DNA from: Azolla caroliniana
Lineage: Eukaryota > Plantae > Polypodiophyta
Direction: 5' to 3'
DNA: 64,000 nt
Assembly (NCBI GenBank): GCA_043228905.1
Contig: JBHGNT010000006.1
Coordinates: 5,642,001-5,706,000 of the forward strand
Of the stretch, positions 26,946-40,706 are shown piece by piece (within the stretch, counting starts at the first letter, position 1; each line of letters starts with the position of its first letter). The notes below the pieces were generated by a model. The model saw only the letters and a list, made by a program, of their open reading frames with translations. It was not told where the DNA came from and searched no databases. The translations under genes were made by a program, and so were the position numbers.

Positions 26946-28116
26946 GAGAGGAAGATTTGAACCCACCTTCCATTTTCTTGATTCTCGACACTAAGCCACT
27001 CTTGTGATGGACCAATTGGAATTTTCGTAGCCCAAATTAGTAGTTTAAAATGTGTTGGTTTCTATATTGAAAGAACATTCACATCAAGTGCTCACAATGA
27101 CAAGCAATGTCTTTTTTTAGTTGACTATCCCGATATTTAGACATTTTTTAGTAGACTATCCTCCTTAGTTGGAACTAGCTCCCGAATCACAAGAGCTAAC
27201 AATCTTACGAGGGACCAGTTGAGTTCTCAAAGCCCAAATCACGAGTTTAAAAAAGGGTTGTCTCTCCTATTGAAAGTAGATTCACATGGAGTGCTCATGA
27301 AAGATAAAACAACAATAATTTTTTAGCCTATTATCCATAATTTATAGGTAGCCCCTTAGTTGGAACTACATCATGAATGAGAGTTGCTCCTTAACTAGAG
27401 AAGAAAAGGAGGAGAAAGAGAGAAAGGAAGACAAAAATGAGAGTTGCTGCTTGAGAAGTAAAAAGAAGACAAAGGGAGTAGGCAACAAACCTATAGCCGA
27501 ACAAGGTAGTTGTTTTTGCATCCACACAACTATCACTAATCGCTAACGACATGTTGAACCTTGATGGCGGCCTCTCACCCGATTGCCTAATAGTTTCCAC
27601 ACTATCATTTACTTTTTCTTCCACATCACCCCCATTTTTGTAAACTCTTAAAACATATTATCCCATAAAAATCTTATTTACCTGAATTTTCAATGTTTGC
27701 TTGATTTGGAGTGCATAGAAACGTTTGTAGGGTTTCACATAACAAAAACTCTAGTTGAGTGAAGTATTTGCTAACCTTCTGTCTTTGATATATGTTGAGA
27801 ATTTTATAACAACAAGATTAAGTAGATTCATCCTCAATTTTTACATGTATTGATTGAATTTTCTTGGCCAAACCTACAAATCAACATCTATAAAATAATG
27901 TGCTTTACTATGAGCAAGAGAAATAAACTTTTTAGTACCTCAAAGTAATTCCAACAATTATAGGGAAACAAGCTACAAAATTTCTATGGGAGCGTTCAAC
28001 AACAATGCGGTGCCATCTCGTATCCAAGTAACCTAGAGATCACTTACTCATTTATGTTGGAATATGGAGTGGAATAGGGATATTTAAACTTCAAACACAA
28101 TTACACTTGATAACCA

Positions 28117-28678
28117 TTAGATGAAACACACAAGACGAAATGAGAGTACACCAAGTTTTTAACGTGGAAAACCCAAAATAGGAAAAACCAAGGGAACGTA
28201 GGTTCCAAACAACTTCACTATAATTTGGATTACAATGAAATACGACCTCACTAGAGGAATGTATCTACTTCAAAGCATTATAATTCCTACGCCAATAGGG
28301 TGGATAGAAAACCAAAGAAGTACTCTGCGTTGATTACAACTGCTTGCTAGCAGATTCGCATAGAAACCTGAAACAAGTAGACATGACAGGTGTTGTTCAA
28401 TCGTAGTTCTTCGATAGCACGAACAACCCCTCGTAGGTCTTTGTATTTGTGACAGTAGTTCACTCTTCCTCTTGTTCACTCTTTCGATTTCTGTTTCTCT
28501 CTCTCTGTTTTTTGTTTTCGCTCTCAGCACTCTCAAACTGTTTTTGCTCTCTACACTCTCAGAAAAATCAGTTTTCGCTCTCTGTTTTCTCTCAGAAAAT
28601 CAGGTCACGCTGTCTCTCCTTCTCCTTTTTTCTGTTTTTCAGCTTTTGTCTTCTTGTAGTCCAACGTCTCTATCTATG

Positions 28679-28750
<72 letters not shown>

Positions 28751-28883
28751 AAACATACAAAAAGAAAAAAGGCATACATATATATATAAATATAAATACA
28801 ACTAATTATAAATTGCCTTAAGCCTATTTGACGTTCAATCGACTCAATGTTGTGGGCTTCACTTGAGTGGACAAGCCCCAACA
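28117..28883 (-). mobile_element. Probable Ty1/copia-like LTR remnant (reverse orientation) with an embedded (CA)n tract
   Basis: It begins TGTTGGGG on the minus strand at 28883 and contains the TTTAACGTGGAAAACCC..GGAAAAACCA motif often seen in Copia LTRs. TGATAACCA at 28108-28116 resembles a degenerate reversed Met PBS (TGATACCA). No TSD was identified. Confidence 0.4.
28681..28749. repeat. (CA)n microsatellite, representative of many SSRs in the window
   Basis: Pure CA run. Other SSRs include (CT)n at 2151-2192 and 48497-48546, (GA)n at 3313-3337, (GT)n(GA)n at 40649-40701, (AGAAC/AGAGC)n at 45855-45910 and (CATA)n at 40120-40165. Confidence 0.95.
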
Positions 28884-28909
28884 ATTGATTCATTCTTATT
28901 CATCTCGAA

Positions 28910-31667
28910 TCCATTTTAAATCTCATTTATAAATTTTTTGCTAACATACTAGTGCAGAGAGTCAAGCCCTTTCTAGGAGATATCATCCAGACCAATCAAA
29001 CCGGTTTCATGGAGCATCAATCTATTATGGACAACGTGATATTGTTTTGGGAGGCTGTTGTGATAGTGAGGGAGACCAAGCAAAACTTAGCTTGTCTGAT
29101 GCTTGACTTCGAGAAAGCCTATGATCGAGTGTAATGGTATTTCCTTGCAGAAGCGATGAAGGTGATTGAGCTACCGTGGGAATGGAGATGTGTTGCTCAA
29201 GCCTTATATAGGAATGGCTCAAGTAAGACGTTGATTGCAGGGAGGAAAGGAGAGCTCTAGAATCTCTCTAACTAGATCCATCGGGCGAGGTTGTCCTCTC
29301 GCCCCCTTTCTATTCCTCTTTATTACTGAAGCAATGTATGCCTTTTTTAATAGTCAGACGACAAATTTACATGGTCTTTCAATCCTTAACATAATGAAGT
29401 CCTTGCTCGACTCAGAGTTCGCGGACAATACGGTGCTATACCTCCAAGGTAACGAAGCGAATCTGGGGAGGGCACAAATTGCTATTGATCTCTTTTGCAA
29501 AGCATCGAGAGCCAACATCAATTGGAATAAGTCCAAGGGTTTTTGGATTAGCTCGGAGGCAGAGCCGGTATGGAAACCAATTGTAATGATAAATTCGTCT
29601 GGCAGGATCATAATAGCTAACCATGTGCTCTTGTCTACGTTGTGGCATGCGATCTCAATGTGGATGTTTGACAGGCATGTTATTCGTATTGTTAAAGCGT
29701 GTACTAGGGGTTTTCTATGGGTTGGGAATAGGAAAGACAACGCAGTAGCTAAAGTATCATGGTCTAGGTTGATTCTTCCCAAAAATAAGGGTGTTTTAGG
29801 ATTGATTGACCCTGGAGTACAAAGTCAATCATTGCTATGTAGGTATTGGTAAGGAGCTTGCTGCCCGAAAATGAGTTATGGAAAACGTTGATTTTTAATA
29901 GGAGCATCCTTTGGAGTCCACGACTTGGTGGGCATTGGAAGCCACATAAATCATGGCTATTTTGTATGGACTTAAAGCTTAGGAAATCTAATCGGTTGGC
30001 TGATCGCACATGTATGTCAGTGATAACGGCGTGGGGTATGCTCCGTGGGCATCTTAGCCATATAGGTCCAACTACTAAATTTGCTGAATGGATACACCAA
30101 CCCCTATTGTGGAACGAGACCTTAAAGTCGACCGAGGGGAAGATGCTTGGCCAAAGCAAGGGTATGTCGTGGGCTATATTGCATGGTGTTGGGATTCATT
30201 CAATGGCAAATTGGACGTAGTTGTCCCCTAGTAATCGGGATAAATTATATGAAGACGCAGGAAAGTTCAGAAATGGTAGGAAGATGCTTGACCTAATCGA
30301 TAAAGTTGTTTACTATGTTCCTATTAGTAATATGGGGAAGAGGGTGAATGGTTCAGACAATGTGATGATGCCAGAAAATTTACCAATGCCAAGGGTCTAG
30401 GAAAGAATGGGAAGATCATCCAGTTGGGATCAGTAGTTGTAGGTGCTCGTTGGTCCCCGATTAGAATTGTGGCACAAGACGATAAGAAATGGAAGGTGAA
30501 TCCATCAGTCAATGAGGTTGATGAGGATTGGATCTTGTATGTAGTTGAAGGCAAGCCACTCGAGTGTTTAGAATGGGATCCTGCAGAATATACGTGGAGG
30601 GACGAACAAGGTAAATCATGTGGTTTCTTTGACTACTCAACTCGCTTGGGCAGACATTTATGCTTGCATCGTGAGAAGTGTGTCAACAAATGGACCCATG
30701 TAGCTATGGACTCGGTCTTCGCGGATAAAACCAGGAGCAGGATATGGAACTCATCCCTCCCCGAGAGGGTCAAGGTGTTTTTTTGGTTAATCACCCATTA
30801 GGCTGTTCCAACTGGACAGTGGTTGGGGAAAAGGGGTGGCATGAGTAATTGCAAGGCCTATGGAGCGAGTTTGGAGGACATCACACATTGTTTCTGGAGT
30901 TGCCCGTGAGCCCAAGAAGTTTGGATGAGGACCTTAAGAATTCTGGCTCGATGCAGGGTTGAAGTTCAGGTATCAAGTGCCATAGTTGTTTGGTTAACTA
31001 TTGAATCGGTTGCATGGTTTCATGGGTGGAATGGGAATAGTCCTTCTTTAAAGGTGGTGAATGGAACTGTACAACCTACAACTCAAGGAGGTTCATTCTA
31101 CATATAGGAACAATACATAGACATTTGGTTTTTAGTGGCTGGTCTTACTGTTTTGCAAGTGTGGGTATCTAGGTGTAAGGAGTCGTTTACCGAGAAGCGA
31201 ACCCCATCATTTGAGAGTTTAATGATGATTTGGTTTAACCTGATTTCTACGCTACAAGGAAAGTTTGATAGCCTTAAGGGGCCCTTTTATGCGAGTGAAG
31301 AAGCTAGATACCGCTTCCTTCTTAAATGGAGCGGTTCTCCGATGCTACAAATGGTGGATGACAATGCAAAGTGGATTTATCAGCCGCCCCGATGGCTTCT
31401 TCCTCCAAGGGTACCAAACACAGAGGTGGGTGTTGAATTGTGAAGAGATTAGAGGGTGTCTTTGCTGAATGTGGGTTGTGTGAGGCTCGTGTTGTGGGGA
31501 TTCTGTCGAGTAATTTTGTGTTGAAGCTTTGTTGCTTCGTTTATACACGTTTTCTTGTAGCCATGCAAAGTGGCTTGTAACATATGAGTTGTATATTATC
31601 CGATGTACTTTTTCTTAACTAATGGAAGTAGAAATGTTTTTTTGGAAAAAAAAAGAAAAAGAAAAAA
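28910..31667 (+). mobile_element. 5'-truncated, degenerate L1-clade LINE (ORF2 RT to C-terminus, 3' UTR, poly-A)
   Basis: RT motifs LNLIYK..L..R, QTGF, LDFEKAYDRV, GCPLAPFLF, FADN and A.INWNKS, then GRIIIAN, AKVSW..LPK.KG.LG and zf-RVT-like RIWNS.LPERVKVFFWL. It carries multiple stops and frameshifts and an internal deletion near 29580. An A-rich tail lies at ~31646-31667. Confidence 0.9.
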
Positions 31668-34483
31668 GTGTTACACAAAATAATATAATTGACAATGATC
31701 TAGAAGTGAGGGTTGAGTGGTCCATCCATATAACAAATTTGAAATGCTAAGAAGTGTGGGCCTAAAACATCATCATTGACATGTGGCAAAAATAGGATAT
31801 CATTTTGAGAGCATTGTGCAACACATGCACGCACACACACTCACTCATTGACTAGTTGGTATGGAGTTACATCATCTAAAAGCAACAAATTGTCCCCACG
31901 CAATGAAAAGAGCCATTTTATGGGTTGTGAAAAATTGTTCCATTGTGTCCAAGGTACAATACATCGTGTTCATACGTTAAAAACATCATGTAACGTACTA
32001 GAAGCCTTATTTTTTTTATGGCTCCAATGCAAAAAATGCTCACATATAATATGCTTCACCTTTTTATGCAAATATGCATACTTTAGCTGACCCTTAATGG
32101 TAGAAATTAGAATGGTTCTCTAGTGCCATCCCATGTTGGATATTGATCCCATGAAACTATGTAGCCTCTCACAATCATATATTGCATTATTGCTTTATTA
32201 GATGAAAAGTTGCTTACTATGCTCAATATCATCATATGCTTTAGGTTCCCTTTACATATCATCGTTAGTGAATAGTTTAATCACTAATGTAACGTTATTA
32301 GATTTAACCTTCAATATAACATGACAATGATATATTATTAAGATTTGATGCATGCTCTTGTACTAAACAAATGATATTCGGCTTTAGTTGCGTCTTCTTT
32401 TATAATTCAAGATCACTATTAGTATTTGAGGGATAATGTTAACAATGTTTTTCCATATGAATAATACATGCCAATCCATGAGAGCTTATTGTAAATGGCA
32501 TGGCTTATCCATGGACCATAACACAAGGACATGACACGTCATGCAAATGTCATAATTGTATAGGTTACAAATGTGACTTTACCTTCATGAAATTGCATTC
32601 TTATAATGCACAAATGAAGATAGCCATGAAATTATGAGACTATTTTGGATCAAGAGAATAGTTTATGTATTTACTATTGCCAAAAGTTATCAACAAGGCT
32701 ATGAATTTCAATGCATATCATAGTGATATATCTTTCACAAATATTCCATCATCTTCTCGAGAGGTCCACAATAACTTTCAACGTTTATTCTTACTATCAT
32801 TCTTTGAGCTACTGGACACTAACACGAATCTAATCTCGTAATCACTAATAATATATTGTATTTATGGTTTTGCATGTAACAATATATTTGAGCTACTTTT
32901 ACATGACACATGTATTATGATGATAATATTAATAGACCAATTGTTCTTATTTGCGCACACTCAATTTGACAAGTCTAATTTGAGCAAAGCTTCATGCAAC
33001 GATATAGACAAGGTACGATGATAATCACCTTGCAACAAAAAAAGCATCCCCCTCCCCCCAAGCAAATTCTGCTCCCATCTAATAACAACGATGGCTATGA
33101 TAATTTGTGGAAGTAAGATGAACAAATACGAAGCAAACAAACCTACTGAAACCCAATAACAGTGTTAGCTACATGAATCACACATGTGAGCCAGAAGAAG
33201 AGCTCCATGTGATTGGATCTACTTCGATCAGATAGCCATTTGGGGTTGTGAACTTGTGTGCATCTACATATGTGTGTCTGTGTGCGTGGGACCCAGTCCC
33301 AGGTTGCATGAGGTGTAGGCAACACACGAACTTTTAGCTCGGCATTTCGTTCCACGCGTGCTTACAAAAACCGAAATCTAGATTGGCTACTTTGTTCTCG
33401 AGACTCGGATGTAAAAGTCACGCGGCCTTGGGGCGAGGTGCAAGCCAATGTTTGACTACTATAGCCATAGCCATAGCCATAGCCATAGGATCTCTCTCTC
33501 TCTCTCTCTCTCCATTATCTATCTATACATATACATATGTACAAGGCATATGTACATATCTATTCGTTGTATGCATACATACACTTTGAGAAGAAGAAGA
33601 ATATAAAGGAAATAAAAAAGGAGGAGAAGAAGAAGAAGAAGAGATTTACTCTGGAATTTGTTTTTGAAAATTGAACTGCGCATATGTTTTGTTTCTTTCG
33701 TATGTATGTAATAATGTATGTATGCAAAACTTTTCTCTGAGTCGAATTTTTAGGGTTTTTTTTTTTTTTTCCCTTTGTGGGCGGTGAGTAAGGTTGTCCT
33801 TTCGAGGAAAGAGCTTTTAGGGTTTCTCTCCAAACTTTATTTTTCACCCAAATTGGCCATTGCCTCCTTACCCTTGCATGCAATCTAGCAGAATAAGGAA
33901 GAAGAAAGAAGAAGGTCTCTTGTGGGTTCATTCTCTTCATCTTTTTGCTGCAGAGACGACGGAAGGAAAAGGGAAAACGTTTCTCGCTGAAGGAAAAGGA
34001 AAGAAAGAAAGTAAGAAAGAAAGGTAGGTTTACGGTTGAGGGGGTAGCGGTGGGTTTTCATCCTTACGCATCTATTTATGTATGTACATACTAAATGTCC
34101 TACATTTTTGGCTAATGCTACTCCTATATTTAGTAGTGGTTCTGATTATCCAGTTGCTCCTTCTGTAGGGTTATCTCCGATTATAGAGGAGGCCATAATT
34201 CAAACATACAAAACTTTGAAAAGGAAAATCTTTCTCTTTTTTTTTCCCATTCAGATCTCTCAGGTATATTCTTTAGTTTTATACATGATTCTCATTTTTG
34301 TTTTCTTCTTCAATTAGTGAGTTCCTGGACTCAGGAAATTCCATGTTTTTGTATGTAGAAGGTACTGCATGTGGATGTGAAAAAGAAATGGTTCATTGGA
34401 TAAAAGAAGGATAAGTAAATGTACAAATAATAATAATAACTATAATAAAAAAGCCTCCATCAGAATAACCTAATGATTGAGAG

Positions 34484-37400
34484 ATGTCTTTGGATCCAAT
34501 GAGTAGTGGAGAAAGCGAGAAAAATCAAGTAGAAAAGTTAGTTAAGGGCTCCGATTGTTCAAATACTTCTGTTAACACAGAAAATAATACTATGGTATCA
34601 GAACGAGGCATGCAAAGAGAGCCAAACGAAGACATGGATATATATGAATGTTTTGAAGCCTCTAATAACACACAAAATGTTGTTAATGCTTTTGATGCAT
34701 GCGAGAATGTGCAAATGGTATCAGATCAAGGCTCAGAACACAACATCCAAAAGGTGTTTGTGATGCATGATTTGTTTGAAGGTTCAGATAACATAAGAAA
34801 TGCTGTTAATATATCTGATGCTTGTGGAAATGGGCAAACAGTATCAAACCTAGGTTCAGAAAATGCTGTAGAGATGGATGACTGTTTCAAAGATGATGAC
34901 ACAATCCAAAATGTTATGCATGCATCAGACACTTGTGAAAATCAGCAAACGGTATCAGAGAGAGTTTCAGGAAGTGCGCCATGGAAGATCATAGAGATGG
35001 ATGAATGTTTCAAAGCTTTTGACGGCATGCCAAATGTTGTCGGTACTCCTGATGCATGTGAAAATGGGCATACGGCATCAGAGGGATTATCAAAAAGCAG
35101 ACCACATAAAGTGGACATTGGGATGGATGAATGTTTTGAAGGTTCTGTGAGTACACAAAATGTTGCTAATGCATCTGAAGAAATTAAGCAAATTGTATTG
35201 GAGCGAATCTCAGAAATTGAGCAAAGAAAGGCTGTAGAAATGGTTGATAATGGAGGTAAACAAACCACTGTAGAGATAAGAACAGGAGCTCGATTGCCTG
35301 ATGGTGATATTGATACTGATGGTTCTCCATGCTATGAGATACCAGGCAAAGAATTAGGCATTGGCTCTGCAAGTAGTGCATGTGAAACTGAACCTGGCAC
35401 GAATCTGGGAAATCAATATCCATTTGATGTCAGAGCAGGATATAATTCAGGAAGCCGATTGTTAGAATTGCAGAGAAATCCAGAAATTCTGCTGCGAGAA
35501 TTCGGGGAGAATCCTGGATATCGGTTGCTGGATGATGGACAAACCAAACTTTGGCAAGAATGTGATCAACATTCCAAGCAGAAACCGATGGATTTGCACA
35601 ACTATTCTCTTGTAAGTGATCATAAAGCTTCATTAATAAACTTGTCTATGCAAGGGAGCATTGACGATATGAATGATGTTACTGTATGTTGCATGAAAGT
35701 GATACATGTTTTTAACTTAACTCCCCATAACATGTATGTGTATATGTATGTGTTTGTGTGTGTGCATGCATGCAATGAATTTTGTCAACTTGATTCTGCA
35801 AATACCCACATATGTTTCATGGATGATGAGGATAATGTCGGCAGGGGTATCTATATCTATATATATGTGTGTGTTTATGTATTGCTGATTAAGATTGTTG
35901 GGAGGTGCGTACAGGCAGTGGGCAAGCCTCTTGATACAAGCCATAAGCAAGAATCTCCTAATCAAGAATCTCCTAATCAAGAATCTTGTACAACCGCACT
36001 TGTGAGCACCAACTTAGAAGGCTGGCAACGCTTTGATATAGAGGACAACGATGCCCAAATGGCTTATGGTATTTTGATGGGTTGATACAGTACTTTGTGT
36101 TAGTTAAATGTATGTATGTTTATGTGTGTATTTAATGAGAATATGTGTGTACGAGTATATGTGCATGTGTATATACATACGTATATGTGTTTGTATCTAT
36201 GTATCTATGTATCTGTGTGTGAAAATTGATATGTTTGATTGTGCTTACAAATGAACAGTTGACCACCTTGTGCTTACGAATGAACAGTTGCTGGTGGTCA
36301 CCCCCGACAGGGGCAGGAGCTATGGGAGCAATTATTGGAAGATGCATTAGAATCCAATCAAAAGGATATTGATTTCAATGTTTCCCAGAGAGTTTCAGCA
36401 TTTTCTTTATATGAAGGAAATCAGTCATGGCTAGCTTCACCGGGGAACCCATTCATAGAGGGCACAGCTAGGACCAGCAACTTCCTTGAAATTGAGAGTT
36501 TAAGCATACCAACTTTCCAAAGAGCTCTCATGAATGCTGAGGAAGAATCATTTCAAAATTCATATGGAAACAGGGATCCTCTATCAGGTACGTTTTGTCT
36601 CATAGTATCTGAGATAATGGATTAGAATAGGCTGAGTATCTGGCTCCTGAATATACCTGTTAATAAACACATGGCCACACCCACACATACACAAGTCTCT
36701 TTCTCTCTCTCTTACAATACATACATGATATGTCAATAATTTGTATTTATTGTTACTTATAAATTTTTTCTATTATTATTATGTAGTTTGTTTCCATTCT
36801 CTTAAATATAATGAATAATTTATTTTGATTCTATTTTTGTTTTTATTTACTTAGTAATCCGGACAGGTAGAGGTCTCATCCTTAATAGTACGTGTTTTTT
36901 TCTGAATCAGTATGTTTCTATTTGTTTTATTTTAATAATTGCAACAGACATAGGCCTCATCCTTAATGGTATAGGCATAGGTGTTCGTGCATATATATGT
37001 TGATGTATATTTATGTATCTGTATATTTATGTATGTGTATTGTCGTTCATCCTCATGTTTATATTCATATCCCTGCATATGCACACATACGTGCACATAT
37101 CGTGCATGTACATGTATGCATACAATGTTTACATATGCACATACATATACACATGCATACAAGATGTGCATATGCATATACATACACATGCACATATAAA
37201 TGTACAATATATAGAGAGAGAATAAAGAGAGTTGCACCTTCTTGGGATGATGGTAAATCTTGTATCCTGATCCAGTGAATGGAAGCTACAAAATTTCAGT
37301 GGACAAGTTGCAAACTATGCCTGAGATATCAGGGATACCATTGGATGCAGTAAACCCTCCCTCTCTCAGGAGTGTCATGGACTTGGAATCCCATGCATTA

Positions 37401-37892
37401 TTCAAGGCATCGATGCCAATATACAATGGAGCAAATAATGTTTCTGGACATGAAACATGGGAGGCTAATTTTGATGCATTTATGCCTATTAGTGGATCTG
37501 ATACTTTTGCTTCGACCATACATAATGGAACACAGGAGCCCCCGAGGTCTTTATCATTGCCTCGAATGGTGGATGAGATGCATAGAGGTCGAGAGCCTGA
37601 GCAAGAAGGCCACCGATGGAGTTTTTCAGTAGCTTCAGATGAACCTGGAACACCATCAATGGCACAATCCAAAAAACAAACAAAATCTCTTCACGCTGCT
37701 CTTGGTTTCATGTCGCCTCGTGTGAGCCCTTTAGTAAAGAAGGTTGTGAAGTCAATTCAAACTTCCCCTGTGATTGGTAAGAAAACACTGAAGAATGGCA
37801 CTCGAAGCACGAATAATAGGAGTACTAACGTTGCAGAAAAGTCGAAGAAGCTGGCATGGATGCGTTGTATTTGTTGCTCCAAGATTGACTAG
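34484..37892 (+). CDS. Uncharacterised acidic protein with ~5.5 tandem Cys-containing ~40-aa repeats and a C-terminal CxCC motif; 4 exons, ~756 aa
   Basis: Proposed exons 34484-35683, 35915-36068, 36288-36587 and 37276-37892 join in frame at GT-AG junctions (2271 nt). The introns are filled with (TA/CA/TG) microsatellite. The protein ends ..KKLAWMRCICCSKID*. The acceptor of the last exon is the least certain junction. Confidence 0.7.
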
Positions 37893-40344
37893 GGTTGATG
37901 TATACAGCCTATGATGCAAGATAAGATAATATATTCTTACAAAATTTGATGCCCAATTAAGGATATTTTTACCATGTACATCCTAGGGGCCTATTCACCA
38001 TCTAGCATAAAAGAAATGTCTTTTGTTATCCTCGGAGGTGACGAATGGAGTGTACATTAGTTAAGACACATTTATGTTGTACACTATGATAAATGAATTC
38101 CAAATTCATATGCATTTTCTGTACATATTGAAAGTTGATTGTTTCATTTTCTTTTTACCCATTTCAACATGGATTATAAAGGAATGTAAGTAGAGATAGA
38201 TGTCTTATATCTTAATTTGTGTTAAGGTGGATGAATGCTTGTGTGTGTACACATCTTTAACTTTTGGACAATCTGTTACTGTGTGACAGTATCCCTCATA
38301 CTCTCCATGCTCTTGTGCATAGTCAACACCATTCATACAGATTGTCATTTTAATGCTGCATCTAATTAGTAGAATTATGGCATATGATTGAACTATCTAA
38401 TACACAGTTTATAATACTCTTTCATCTTGATAATCTTGTAGAAAAATCTAGATATTGCCTCATTACAAGAATTCCACATCCCTAGTTTGAATTTTGTTAT
38501 CGTATATATCAATTTATTCCATATTTAGTAATTGTCGAGGAAACCAATTATTGATGAGTTTTTATTAGATGGTAATGTTACATGATTGCTTTGAGTCTGG
38601 ATGTGTCAAGAAGCCTGATGAGGAGCTAGCAATTTTTTGTAAATGTTCCTATAGACCATTATTTTGCTTAATCTATAGCAAATGATTGTTGACAGCGTGT
38701 TTGGAAAGGTGGAAAGTGCTTCAATTATAGTTGGGCCTCTTAACCAATTAGATTGCACATCCAATGTATTTCGAGAAGGTTCTTTGTGCCTTCCTTTTGA
38801 GAAGAGAAATGGCATTCTTAGTACCTTAGATTCTGTGGCATAAATGTTTCAAGATACAAAATTAATGAGCTTTGATACTTTCTATGTTTTACGGTCCATT
38901 TCAAGTCAAAGCTATAAAACAAATGTGTTATTTTTCTTGTGAAGAACAATGTTATCAAACTTGTCCTATGAAATATGCACTATATATATTAGGCCTTGGA
39001 TATTCATTTGTTATACATGTTGTTGAAAATCTCTCATTGAATGTGGATATTACCTTTTCATTGACAATGAAAACATCCCTTTCTCCGTGCACTACTATCA
39101 AACGTAAACTTTGGGCTTTATTTTTTTGTACGCGTTTATTCTTGGTCTATGGCTCTTTTGAAATATAATGGCTATTGACCGTTTGAATAATAGAATGTGT
39201 AGGGTGGGTTTCAACAATATCGCGACACATATGATTAGCTTTCCATGTGATAAGGTGGCATGATAATTGAAGACTAGATTGCGTTGTTGAGGATCATGAT
39301 TTAATAATTGCCACATGAGAAATAACGCTGAATGCAAAACCCAACTACCGAAAGAAAGGGGGATACCAAGATATTTCCAATTGTTCCTTATACTAGTTAT
39401 CTTCCACATAGAAATGAATGACATAATCCTACTTAGGACAGTCACCATTGTCTACATTTGTCATTCTCTGCTACAAATTTATCAAGTCTTTCAACTTTTT
39501 TTTCGAATTGCTTTTTCTCCACTCTAATCTAACTTGACATAATTCTCGTCGTATACTCTATTTGCCACACCTATGCTTTGCTTTATCGTCAACATGTAAG
39601 TGCCATATTTTACAATAATTGTAGCATTCAAAGGGTGCGAATTCAAAGGGTGTGAAATTGTATTTCCAACACATTATTGCATTAGCAAATTCCTTTAATG
39701 CTTGGTTTGTTGTTAGCATTCATCGTCAATCTCCCTTCATGGGAAAATAACCCGCCACAAATCGAAAAACTAATTGTTCTTTTGACCAAGCCATTTGTCC
39801 CTACGCCACCAATCACTGTAGAACATTTTGGCATTCTCCATCATTCACACTAGGAGGTGTGGAACGAGCAAGTGTTGTTGTAGTAGGTGTACATCGAACT
39901 AGTTGGCAAGAGGAGAGAGGCCATGAATATGAGGGGCCGGATGGATGGATGGCTGGATGGGTCATCGGGGGTGCTAAAAAGATGTGGTTCGGGTCGGTCA
40001 GATCGAGTTTCCCATGTCCAATGTTGTCGCAAAATTTGTGGGACAAAAGAAAGAAAGGCTCACAATGCTTAAGGGCATCATAGCATAACATACACACACA
40101 CATCATACATACTGATACATACATAACATACATACATACATACATACATACATACATACATACACACTGATACATACATAACATACATACATAGAATGAT
40201 ACATGTATATACATATGCATATTCTTCTTCTTCTTCTTCTTCTTTTAAGAAGATATCCTGTCATTTAGTGTAACCATTTTTTTAAAGAAGATATCCTTGC
40301 TCTGTTTTGTTATTTGTAAACAGGTGTGGGGGGGAATAAAACAC

Positions 40345-40650
40345 ATGATGCTTCCCCTGTTCTCTTCATCTTCATCTTCTTCTTCATCTTCATCTTCATC
40401 TTCTTCTTCTTCTTCTTCTTGGATTTCCTTCACCACTTTGAAGCCCAGAAGGAGAACTAAGACACAACCTGATGACTTTGTTTCTTCCATTTCCTCTGCT
40501 CTCTCCCACATCGCCCCCACCTTCATTAATCTCAAGTCTCATGCCCTGCTCAAATCGCATGACTCGAATCTGGTCAGTATATAGGCGGATTATATTCCTT
40601 GGTCTCTGCGCGACGGCGCGTGTTGTGTTATGTTTGCTTGATTCTTATGT

Positions 40651-40706
<56 letters not shown>

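Noticed and set aside
27030-27370. Two degenerate ~200-bp direct repeats
   Set aside because: Old, low-identity duplication with no termini, TSD or structure suggesting function.
37215-37275. Alternative upstream acceptors for the last exon of the repeat-protein gene
   Set aside because: The AGs at 37214-37218 lead to stops (TAA, TGA 37248, or TGA 37276-37278) before the conserved-looking C-terminal frame. The acceptor at 37275 was kept provisionally.
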